DNA from: Paramoeba atlantica
Taxonomy: Eukaryota; Protista; Discosea
DNA: 64,000 nucleotides
Direction of reading: 5' to 3'
Assembly (NCBI GenBank): GCA_977017575.1
Contig: CDRNVI010000069.1
Location: forward strand, 372,001-436,000
The number at the start of each line of letters is the position of its first letter. Positions within the stretch are counted from its first letter, which is position 1. The position numbers and the translations under genes are program-made. Shown in pieces: positions 19,111 through 28,119 of the stretch. The notes beneath the pieces were generated by a model. The model was not told the origin of the DNA and did not search any database. It saw only the letters and a list, made by a program, of their open reading frames with translations.

Positions 19111-21812
19111 CAAAACCACACCCTAACGGCCAGTTCTATAGTAACATTCAAACGAAACAGAACGACACTTTTAATGCAAGTTCCCAAAAGGAGAAGAGTG
19201 GAAGAGAACATTGTACCAGTGGATGTTCGCAATGTGCAGAATTTATCAGGGAGATACGTGAGATGCGAGAATTTTTACGGCGGAACTTTGAGTTTGCAAG
19301 TAGCGGATACGGCGCGCGGAAATCTAGTGAAATTACTAATGGGGGTCACAGCAATGACCCCGGAAATCAGGCAGGCATTGGATGCGATGGGAAATATGTG
19401 GAGCGCATCGACTTGGCAGGCGAGGGCAAGGTTGTGGGAAAGGTTAACGGCCTTTTGTCATTGGAAACAAATCGAAATCACCCCAATTCATGCAGTAACT
19501 TTCATCGCAAGTTTACCAATCAAAATCCAAGGAAAGTTGTCATACGCCCGAAGTTTGGCGTCCCTACTCAACTTAGCCGGCAAGGGAACGAACCCGCTAC
19601 GTTTTTACATCAAGTCACTCATGGCGGAGGGTGCGACGGAGCCGCACCGTCAAATGGCGCCACTAACGCCGGAGTTACTGAAACAATTGTGGAACCACCT
19701 TCCTCACAGCGAAAGACATACGTTGCTGCTTTGTTGGAAGGCGGCAAGCCGGTGGTCCGAGACAGCGATGCTCACACGCGACAGATTCCACGAAGTGTCT
19801 TCGACAAGAATCGTGATATGGTGGGGCAGACAGACCAAAGCATCGCGGTACAACCCGTATCGAGCGTCAATGTATACGGTTGTGGAAGGGCCGGGCACGG
19901 ATCGTCTAGCGGATTACATAACAAAGCTGGGGCAGTTGCAGCCGATGTCAAGAACATCGGTATCCGAAGTGGATGCGAAGATACGCCGAATTCTGGGGAC
20001 AGGTTTCGGCTCACACTCAGCGAAACGAGGAGCAATAACACAGCTGTTTGCGGAAGTAGTGAAGGGCAATACGCGCCTCGAGGAAGTACAACGATTAGCA
20101 AAGCATCAGTCCCTCGATTCGCTTCTTCGATACAACGCCGACCCGGTTACCACCGCGTTGGTGTTGGGCACGCAGAAAGCAACCAGCAAGTTACGGATCA
20201 TGTAGAGGCAAGTGAAATTTTTCGTAAGTTCTTGGATGACATACCACAGGAAAAGGTGCGTCACACTATTACCAGAACGCGAAGGACGTCAAAGGTCGCG
20301 TTACCGAAGGATTATTCTATTCCATTGCATATCAAGCAGGGTATTCCCCGGATGTCGGTTAAGAAGTTGAGAGAAATGATGAATGAGGCGACTGGTGATC
20401 GATTCGATGAGACATTGGAGACTTTATTACGTTTACCGGAACAGGCATCCACCATTCCGCTATATAAGTCGTTTTTGCCGCACAATGACATAAAGGAATT
20501 AGCAGCGGCGGGTTTCATTTCCAGAGTATCAGACGAAGAAGCTAAGGTGCGGCCGTCTTTGGATTGGGTGATACCTTTCACAGTTGTGGAACCTGGTGAA
20601 CATGAACATTCCGAACGTCGTCGTTTTATAGCGTGGACGCAGGCAGATAATGATCGCATTAAGGAAATATATGAACCGTATGTCCCCGTTAGACATGCAG
20701 CGTATTATCTGCACCGCGCCAAAGAAGAAAGTGCCGTCAAACGGGATTTGGCGTGTGGGTTTTGGCAGGTCGCAATACCAGAGGAAAGTCGTCAAAAGTT
20801 TCGCTTTAAAGACGCAAAAGGGGATCTATACGAATTGACTGTAATGCCCATGGGGCATCGGTGCGCTCCCGAGTTAATGCACACCTTGACAGCAACTCTA
20901 GCAGGTGACAGAAATTACTGTACCGAAAAGCACGCGTTCTTTTATTCCGGACTGGACGTTTATATTGATGGTATCCGTTTTGCCGCGCGGGATGAGATAG
21001 CAAATAAGTACGCTCGTTTTGTGGATGATAGAGCAGACAGATTAAATGCCTTGTTTAAAGATCGTGGAGAGCCGCCCGCACAGATTTACACATTCAATGG
21101 AATCAAGTATTTTCATAGACAAGGGAAAGTGGCTTTAGGAGACAAAATTTCGCGGCGATTGCGACAGGATGACTTTGCTGCAGCCACTTATGCATCTTTG
21201 GAATCGGGGGTAGGCCGCCTTATTTTCGCCTCCGCTGTAATGGGTGTTCACCTTCCTCACTATCACTTGGAAATGAAAATTGTTCGTCGTCGGATTAATA
21301 ATCTAAATCGCGACCCTACTTTGCTGGATAAGCCCGTTTCCTTACCGACACCGGTGCGAATCGCACTTTCGGAGTGGCGAGATAAGCTGTTGTATAAAAC
21401 TCCCGTCGATCCACCTCCACACCCAGACACGGTGCCGCATAACCATATTTTGTGTACAGACGCATCCTCTACCGGATGGGGTGCGGTCCTGTATTTGGAT
21501 TACGGGCAAGTCGTTTGTGCTGGGTCGCGGTGGCCACCTGATTTTGAGTATGAAGTCAATCGCGCAGAGGCACGCGCCGTTCGCCTCGCCTTTGAAAAAT
21601 TTGGCCATCACTTTGGTAGGGATACGTGTGTAGATGTCTTCGTTGATAACACTTCCTGCGTCGCGGCATTAAATCGTAAGATGTCTAATTCGGATGGTAT
21701 TACGTCGGAGCTTCGCCGTTTGTTGGATTATTTAAAGCGTAAAGGGTTGGTCGTTAAAGCCCAGTATATTTGCTCGAAGGAAAATCCTGCCGATCCGTAC
21801 AGCCGCATGTAG
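19029..21812 (+). CDS. YR2 RT/RNase H, copy 1
   Basis: KRDLACGFWQV, MPMGHRCAP, DVYIDGIRF; LCTDASSTGWG, NRAEARAV, FVDNTS, NPADPYSR. Confidence 0.92.
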   Translation: MAKLPEAIPAGFSRTGGWPCPQQQEFLTKPHPNGQFYSNIQTKQNDTFNASSQKEKSGREHCTSGCSQCAEFIREIREMREFLRRNFEFASSGYGARKSSEITNGGHSNDPGNQAGIGCDGKYVERIDLAGEGKVVGKVNGLLSLETNRNHPNSCSNFHRKFTNQNPRKVVIRPKFGVPTQLSRQGNEPATFLHQVTHGGGCDGAAPSNGATNAGVTETIVEPPSSQRKTYVAALLEGGKPVVRDSDAHTRQIPRSVFDKNRDMVGQTDQSIAVQPVSSVNVYGCGRAGHGSSSGLHNKAGAVAADVKNIGIRSGCEDTPNSGDRFRLTLSETRSNNTAVCGSSEGQYAPRGSTTISKASVPRFASSIQRRPGYHRVGVGHAESNQQVTDHVEASEIFRKFLDDIPQEKVRHTITRTRRTSKVALPKDYSIPLHIKQGIPRMSVKKLREMMNEATGDRFDETLETLLRLPEQASTIPLYKSFLPHNDIKELAAAGFISRVSDEEAKVRPSLDWVIPFTVVEPGEHEHSERRRFIAWTQADNDRIKEIYEPYVPVRHAAYYLHRAKEESAVKRDLACGFWQVAIPEESRQKFRFKDAKGDLYELTVMPMGHRCAPELMHTLTATLAGDRNYCTEKHAFFYSGLDVYIDGIRFAARDEIANKYARFVDDRADRLNALFKDRGEPPAQIYTFNGIKYFHRQGKVALGDKISRRLRQDDFAAATYASLESGVGRLIFASAVMGVHLPHYHLEMKIVRRRINNLNRDPTLLDKPVSLPTPVRIALSEWRDKLLYKTPVDPPPHPDTVPHNHILCTDASSTGWGAVLYLDYGQVVCAGSRWPPDFEYEVNRAEARAVRLAFEKFGHHFGRDTCVDVFVDNTSCVAALNRKMSNSDGITSELRRLLDYLKRKGLVVKAQYICSKENPADPYSRM
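19174..20205 (+). CDS. YR2 tyrosine recombinase, copy 1 (+1 frame inside the RT ORF)
   Basis: CWKAASRWSE, GSHSAKRGA, LAKH, SLLRY. Confidence 0.9.
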   Translation: MQVPKRRRVEENIVPVDVRNVQNLSGRYVRCENFYGGTLSLQVADTARGNLVKLLMGVTAMTPEIRQALDAMGNMWSASTWQARARLWERLTAFCHWKQIEITPIHAVTFIASLPIKIQGKLSYARSLASLLNLAGKGTNPLRFYIKSLMAEGATEPHRQMAPLTPELLKQLWNHLPHSERHTLLLCWKAASRWSETAMLTRDRFHEVSSTRIVIWWGRQTKASRYNPYRASMYTVVEGPGTDRLADYITKLGQLQPMSRTSVSEVDAKIRRILGTGFGSHSAKRGAITQLFAEVVKGNTRLEEVQRLAKHQSLDSLLRYNADPVTTALVLGTQKATSKLRIM

Positions 21813-22394
21813 TCAAAATGAATTGAAAGTTCATCTAATTCAAAATATAGGTAGTTCCAAAAATATAGTATAACTTATTTATAACTTATTTATAACTTAT
21901 TTGGTATATAGAATCATCAAAAAAAAAAAAAAAAAAAAAAAAAACAGGTTATTAAGTGTGTGGGATAAGGCAGACCGTTTTCTTGTATCTGGAGTAGGCG
22001 CCACATACGAGTAGCAGTACCTGCGAGTGGGTATGTGTTGGACTGGCGAATGGGTGGTCCCCGCGTTGGACCCGTTCGCAAGCTCGTTGAAAGGGAGAGG
22101 TAAGTGTATGTTATTGTCATGGGATATTTATGTTTTGTCTTTTGCGCAGCTGTGACATTGTTTCATCTTTTTTGACATAGGAGATAACTTGGAATCATGT
22201 ATAGGTTTGTATATGAGTTAATCGAATGTCTTTGCGAACAATATGAAATTTGTTTTCCTTTTCTAAATATATTATGATGTAAAATTCTTGAAGTTTACGG
22301 ATAGAATTTGACGAGAAATATATTTTCGAAGTGATATGGATAGGATGCCCCGCCGGGGGGCATTGTACCTGTTTTTGTTTTAAACAATAAAATT

Positions 22395-23615
22395 GTGTTA
22401 ATACTGATATACAAATATCCCGTAGTACGATATTCGAATATTTATAATTCAATTACTCAGGTTTACTGTTCTCGACAAAAGTTTCTCGACAAAATGACCG
22501 TAATCGACATTCCTTTGACAGCCCGACGGTCATCACGCAGTGCTTCTCCGGCCTCTGAGCCGCTCGTGCCTACCGAGCCGCTTAGTCAGCAGGAGTTAAG
22601 TTTGGTTTGTACAGTGGCAAGGGAGAAATTGTTGTTCAAAAAATCGGTACAAGTGCGTGCGATCTTTCGACGGAAAGATGATTTAAATGGTGGTCGACAG
22701 ACTGTGATGGGAAAGTTGCGAAAGGATGGCCTGGATTTATGGGCGGTGTGGGAGGACAAACCGTCCAAGGAGTACCAGTTTCCTCATCCGGATTTGGATT
22801 ATTATGAGCTCAACATTATCGAAGATCGAGAACTACCACCCGCTCTTATTGAGAACTCTTCGCAATTACTCACCGATGAAACGCATCAGCTGGGCTCACG
22901 TAATGAGGCTGCCGGCATGCAAGAGGTAATTGGGGGGAGAACTGGTGCCGCACCAATTTCAGAGGCTTTACGGGAAGGCAGATTACTCGACCCGAATGCA
23001 TTGAACGCCTACGAACCTTTGACTTACGAGCCTTGGATTAATGCGGCGGATGACGATGGTTTTCGCACTAGGGACCTGATTCGCGAGCTTCGGGATGCGC
23101 CTGAGTTTGGTTTACGCGTTAATCAGTTTTATCATGATCGCACGTTTATTAAGCAGCAAGAGCGTTTGTTTAATTCTGTATTTTGCAAGTGGATTATTTT
23201 TGCGCGTTTGATACCCAACTGGAATGAAGGTGTGTACCTCGAAATGGGACGTGGGATTGTGCAGACACTTCGTGACGCGTACTGGCGAGCACGCCGCATA
23301 GATGTGGACTTGGTCCATCAAAAAATGGAGAAGGATATCCGTCCGGACGGCAAGTTTTATCATCACGTGAATGATCAATTGGTTGAGCGACAGAAGCAAT
23401 ATGCACGTGTTCAGTCTTTCTCTGCTCCACCATCTATGCAAGTTTCGCGTCCCAATCAGTTCCCACCGCGACATGATGCATATCCTCCACGACGAAATTT
23501 ATTATGCTTTGGATGTCGGTCGCCTGATCACATTTGGCGAAACTGCCCGAAGCGATTCCAGCAGGATTTTCGAGGACGGGTGGCTGGCCCTGCCCACAGC
23601 AGCAAGAGTTTCTGA
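22395..23615 (+). CDS. YR2 Gag-like protein, copy 2
   Basis: Same translation as copy 1. Confidence 0.88.
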   Translation: MLILIYKYPVVRYSNIYNSITQVYCSRQKFLDKMTVIDIPLTARRSSRSASPASEPLVPTEPLSQQELSLVCTVAREKLLFKKSVQVRAIFRRKDDLNGGRQTVMGKLRKDGLDLWAVWEDKPSKEYQFPHPDLDYYELNIIEDRELPPALIENSSQLLTDETHQLGSRNEAAGMQEVIGGRTGAAPISEALREGRLLDPNALNAYEPLTYEPWINAADDDGFRTRDLIRELRDAPEFGLRVNQFYHDRTFIKQQERLFNSVFCKWIIFARLIPNWNEGVYLEMGRGIVQTLRDAYWRARRIDVDLVHQKMEKDIRPDGKFYHHVNDQLVERQKQYARVQSFSAPPSMQVSRPNQFPPRHDAYPPRRNLLCFGCRSPDHIWRNCPKRFQQDFRGRVAGPAHSSKSF

Positions 23616-26317
23616 CAAAACCACACCCTAACGGCCAGTTCTATAGTAACATTCAAACGAAACAGAACGACACTTTTAATGCAAGTTCCCAAAAGGAGAA
23701 GAGTGGAAGAGAACATTGTACCAGTGGATGTTCGCAATGTGCAGAATTTATCAGGGAGATACGTGAGATGCGAGAATTTTTACGGCGGAACTTTGAGTTT
23801 GCAAGTAGCGGATACGGCGCGCGGAAATCTAGTGAAATTACTAATGGGGGTCACAGCAATGACCCCGGAAATCAGGCAGGCATTGGATGCGATGGGAAAT
23901 ATGTGGAGCGCATCGACTTGGCAGGCGAGGGCAAGGTTGTGGGAAAGGTTAACGGCCTTTTGTCATTGGAAACAAATCGAAATCACCCCAATTCATGCAG
24001 TAACTTTCATCGCAAGTTTACCAATCAAAATCCAAGGAAAGTTGTCATACGCCCGAAGTTTGGCGTCCCTACTCAACTTAGCCGGCAAGGGAACGAACCC
24101 GCTACGTTTTTACATCAAGTCACTCATGGCGGAGGGTGCGACGGAGCCGCACCGTCAAATGGCGCCACTAACGCCGGAGTTACTGAAACAATTGTGGAAC
24201 CACCTTCCTCACAGCGAAAGACATACGTTGCTGCTTTGTTGGAAGGCGGCAAGCCGGTGGTCCGAGACAGCGATGCTCACACGCGACAGATTCCACGAAG
24301 TGTCTTCGACAAGAATCGTGATATGGTGGGGCAGACAGACCAAAGCATCGCGGTACAACCCGTATCGAGCGTCAATGTATACGGTTGTGGAAGGGCCGGG
24401 CACGGATCGTCTAGCGGATTACATAACAAAGCTGGGGCAGTTGCAGCCGATGTCAAGAACATCGGTATCCGAAGTGGATGCGAAGATACGCCGAATTCTG
24501 GGGACAGGTTTCGGCTCACACTCAGCGAAACGAGGAGCAATAACACAGCTGTTTGCGGAAGTAGTGAAGGGCAATACGCGCCTCGAGGAAGTACAACGAT
24601 TAGCAAAGCATCAGTCCCTCGATTCGCTTCTTCGATACAACGCCGACCCGGTTACCACCGCGTTGGTGTTGGGCACGCAGAAAGCAACCAGCAAGTTACG
24701 GATCATGTAGAGGCAAGTGAAATTTTTCGTAAGTTCTTGGATGACATACCACAGGAAAAGGTGCGTCACACTATTACCAGAACGCGAAGGACGTCAAAGG
24801 TCGCGTTACCGAAGGATTATTCTATTCCATTGCATATCAAGCAGGGTATTCCCCGGATGTCGGTTAAGAAGTTGAGAGAAATGATGAATGAGGCGACTGG
24901 TGATCGATTCGATGAGACATTGGAGACTTTATTACGTTTACCGGAACAGGCATCCACCATTCCGCTATATAAGTCGTTTTTGCCGCACAATGACATAAAG
25001 GAATTAGCAGCGGCGGGTTTCATTTCCAGAGTATCAGACGAAGAAGCTAAGGTGCGGCCGTCTTTGGATTGGGTGATACCTTTCACAGTTGTGGAACCTG
25101 GTGAACATGAACATTCCGAACGTCGTCGTTTTATAGCGTGGACGCAGGCAGATAATGATCGCATTAAGGAAATATATGAACCGTATGTCCCCGTTAGACA
25201 TGCAGCGTATTATCTGCACCGCGCCAAAGAAGAAAGTGCCGTCAAACGGGATTTGGCGTGTGGGTTTTGGCAGGTCGCAATACCAGAGGAAAGTCGTCAA
25301 AAGTTTCGCTTTAAAGACGCAAAAGGGGATCTATACGAATTGACTGTAATGCCCATGGGGCATCGGTGCGCTCCCGAGTTAATGCACACCTTGACAGCAA
25401 CTCTAGCAGGTGACAGAAATTACTGTACCGAAAAGCACGCGTTCTTTTATTCCGGACTGGACGTTTATATTGATGGTATCCGTTTTGCCGCGCGGGATGA
25501 GATAGCAAATAAGTACGCTCGTTTTGTGGATGATAGAGCAGACAGATTAAATGCCTTGTTTAAGGATCGTGGAGAGCCGCCCGCACAGATTTACACATTC
25601 AATGGAATCAAGTATTTTCATAGACAAGGGAAAGTGGCTTTAGGAGACAAAATTTCGCGGCGATTGCGACAGGATGACTTTGCTGCAGCCACTTATGCAT
25701 CTTTGGAATCGGGGGTAGGCCGCCTTATTTTCGCCTCCGCTGTAATGGGTGTTCACCTTCCTCACTATCACTTGGAAATGAAAATTGTTCGTCGTCGGAT
25801 TAATAATCTAAATCGCGACCCTACTTTGCTGGATAAGCCCGTTTCCTTACCGACACCGGTGCGAATCGCACTTTCGGAGTGGCGAGATAAGCTGTTGTAT
25901 AAAACTCCCGTCGATCCACCTCCACACCCAGACACGGTGCCGCATAACCATATTTTGTGTACAGACGCATCCTCTACCGGATGGGGTGCGGTCCTGTATT
26001 TGGATTACGGGCAAGTCGTTTGTGCTGGGTCGCGGTGGCCACCTGATTTTGAGTATGAAGTCAATCGCGCAGAGGCACGCGCCGTTCGCCTCGCCTTTGA
26101 AAAATTTGGCCATCACTTTGGTAGGGATACGTGTGTAGATGTCTTCGTTGATAACACTTCCTGCGTCGCGGCATTAAATCGTAAGATGTCTAATTCGGAT
26201 GGTATTACGTCGGAGCTTCGCCGTTTGTTGGATTATTTAAAGCGTAAAGGGTTGGTCGTTAAAGCCCAGTATATTTGCTCGAAGGAAAATCCTGCCGATC
26301 CGTACAGCCGCATGTAG
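23534..26317 (+). CDS. YR2 RT/RNase H, copy 2
   Basis: Same translation as copy 1. Confidence 0.92.
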   Translation: MAKLPEAIPAGFSRTGGWPCPQQQEFLTKPHPNGQFYSNIQTKQNDTFNASSQKEKSGREHCTSGCSQCAEFIREIREMREFLRRNFEFASSGYGARKSSEITNGGHSNDPGNQAGIGCDGKYVERIDLAGEGKVVGKVNGLLSLETNRNHPNSCSNFHRKFTNQNPRKVVIRPKFGVPTQLSRQGNEPATFLHQVTHGGGCDGAAPSNGATNAGVTETIVEPPSSQRKTYVAALLEGGKPVVRDSDAHTRQIPRSVFDKNRDMVGQTDQSIAVQPVSSVNVYGCGRAGHGSSSGLHNKAGAVAADVKNIGIRSGCEDTPNSGDRFRLTLSETRSNNTAVCGSSEGQYAPRGSTTISKASVPRFASSIQRRPGYHRVGVGHAESNQQVTDHVEASEIFRKFLDDIPQEKVRHTITRTRRTSKVALPKDYSIPLHIKQGIPRMSVKKLREMMNEATGDRFDETLETLLRLPEQASTIPLYKSFLPHNDIKELAAAGFISRVSDEEAKVRPSLDWVIPFTVVEPGEHEHSERRRFIAWTQADNDRIKEIYEPYVPVRHAAYYLHRAKEESAVKRDLACGFWQVAIPEESRQKFRFKDAKGDLYELTVMPMGHRCAPELMHTLTATLAGDRNYCTEKHAFFYSGLDVYIDGIRFAARDEIANKYARFVDDRADRLNALFKDRGEPPAQIYTFNGIKYFHRQGKVALGDKISRRLRQDDFAAATYASLESGVGRLIFASAVMGVHLPHYHLEMKIVRRRINNLNRDPTLLDKPVSLPTPVRIALSEWRDKLLYKTPVDPPPHPDTVPHNHILCTDASSTGWGAVLYLDYGQVVCAGSRWPPDFEYEVNRAEARAVRLAFEKFGHHFGRDTCVDVFVDNTSCVAALNRKMSNSDGITSELRRLLDYLKRKGLVVKAQYICSKENPADPYSRM
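23679..24710 (+). CDS. YR2 tyrosine recombinase, copy 2
   Basis: Same translation as copy 1. Confidence 0.9.
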   Translation: MQVPKRRRVEENIVPVDVRNVQNLSGRYVRCENFYGGTLSLQVADTARGNLVKLLMGVTAMTPEIRQALDAMGNMWSASTWQARARLWERLTAFCHWKQIEITPIHAVTFIASLPIKIQGKLSYARSLASLLNLAGKGTNPLRFYIKSLMAEGATEPHRQMAPLTPELLKQLWNHLPHSERHTLLLCWKAASRWSETAMLTRDRFHEVSSTRIVIWWGRQTKASRYNPYRASMYTVVEGPGTDRLADYITKLGQLQPMSRTSVSEVDAKIRRILGTGFGSHSAKRGAITQLFAEVVKGNTRLEEVQRLAKHQSLDSLLRYNADPVTTALVLGTQKATSKLRIM

Positions 26318-26898
26318 TCAAAATGAATTGAAAGTTCATCTAATTCAAAATATAGGTAGTTCCAAAAATATAGTATAACTTATTTATAACTTATTTATAA
26401 CTTATTTGGTATATAGAATCATCAAAAAAAAAAAAAAAAAAAAAAAAACAGGTTATTAAGTGTGTGGGATAAGGCAGACCGTTTTCTTGTATCTGGAGTA
26501 GGCGCCACATACGAGTAGCAGTACCTGCGAGTGGGTATGTGTTGGACTGGCGAATGGGTGGTCCCCGCGTTGGACCCGTTCGCAAGCTCGTTGAAAGGGA
26601 GAGGTAAGTGTATGTTATTGTCATGGGATATTTATGTTTTGTCTTTTGCGCAGCTGTGACATTGTTTCATCTTTTTTGACATAGGAGATAACTTGGAATC
26701 ATGTATAGGTTTGTATATGAGTTAATCGAATGTCTTTGCGAACAATATGAAATTTGTTTTCCTTTTCTAAATATATTATGATGTAAAATTCTTGAAGTTT
26801 ACGGATAGAATTTGACGAGAAATATATTTTCGAAGTGATATGGATAGGATGCCCCGCCGGGGGGCATTGTACCTGTTTTTGTTTTAAACAATAAAATT

Positions 26899-28119
26899 GT
26901 GTTAATACTGATATACAAATATCCCGTAGTACGATATTCGAATATTTATAATTCAATTACTCAGGTTTACTGTTCTCGACAAAAGTTTCTCGACAAAATG
27001 ACCGTAATCGACATTCCTTTGACAGCCCGACGGTCATCACGCAGTGCTTCTCCGGCCTCTGAGCCGCTCGTGCCTACCGAGCCGCTTAGTCAGCAGGAGT
27101 TAAGTTTGGTTTGTACAGTGGCAAGGGAGAAATTGTTGTTCAAAAAATCGGTACAAGTGCGTGCGATCTTTCGACGGAAAGATGATTTAAATGGTGGTCG
27201 ACAGACTGTGATGGGAAAGTTGCGAAAGGATGGCCTGGATTTATGGGCGGTGTGGGAGGACAAACCGTCCAAGGAGTACCAGTTTCCTCATCCGGATTTG
27301 GATTATTATGAGCTCAACATTATCGAAGATCGAGAACTACCACCCGCTCTTATTGAGAACTCTTCGCAATTACTCACCGATGAAACGCATCAGCTGGGCT
27401 CACGTAATGAGGCTGCCGGCATGCAAGAGGTAATTGGGGGGAGAACTGGTGCCGCACCAATTTCAGAGGCTTTACGGGAAGGCAGATTACTCGACCCGAA
27501 TGCATTGAACGCCTACGAACCTTTGACTTACGAGCCTTGGATTAATGCGGCGGATGACGATGGTTTTCGCACTAGGGACCTGATTCGCGAGCTTCGGGAT
27601 GCGCCTGAGTTTGGTTTACGCGTTAATCAGTTTTATCATGATCGCACGTTTATTAAGCAGCAAGAGCGTTTGTTTAATTCTGTATTTTGCAAGTGGATTA
27701 TTTTTGCGCGTTTGATACCCAACTGGAATGAAGGTGTGTACCTCGAAATGGGACGTGGGATTGTGCAGACACTTCGTGACGCGTACTGGCGAGCACGCCG
27801 CATAGATGTGGACTTGGTCCATCAAAAAATGGAGAAGGATATCCGTCCGGACGGCAAGTTTTATCATCACGTGAATGATCAATTGGTTGAGCGACAGAAG
27901 CAATATGCACGTGTTCAGTCTTTCTCTGCTCCACCATCTATGCAAGTTTCGCGTCCCAATCAGTTCCCACCGCGACATGATGCATATCCTCCACGACGAA
28001 ATTTATTATGCTTTGGATGTCGGTCGCCTGATCACATTTGGCGAAACTGCCCGAAGCGATTCCAGCAGGATTTTCGAGGACGGGTGGCTGGCCCTGCCCA
28101 CAGCAGCAAGAGTTTCTGA
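26899..28119 (+). CDS. YR2 Gag-like protein, copy 3
   Basis: Same translation as copy 1. Confidence 0.88.
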   Translation: MLILIYKYPVVRYSNIYNSITQVYCSRQKFLDKMTVIDIPLTARRSSRSASPASEPLVPTEPLSQQELSLVCTVAREKLLFKKSVQVRAIFRRKDDLNGGRQTVMGKLRKDGLDLWAVWEDKPSKEYQFPHPDLDYYELNIIEDRELPPALIENSSQLLTDETHQLGSRNEAAGMQEVIGGRTGAAPISEALREGRLLDPNALNAYEPLTYEPWINAADDDGFRTRDLIRELRDAPEFGLRVNQFYHDRTFIKQQERLFNSVFCKWIIFARLIPNWNEGVYLEMGRGIVQTLRDAYWRARRIDVDLVHQKMEKDIRPDGKFYHHVNDQLVERQKQYARVQSFSAPPSMQVSRPNQFPPRHDAYPPRRNLLCFGCRSPDHIWRNCPKRFQQDFRGRVAGPAHSSKSF

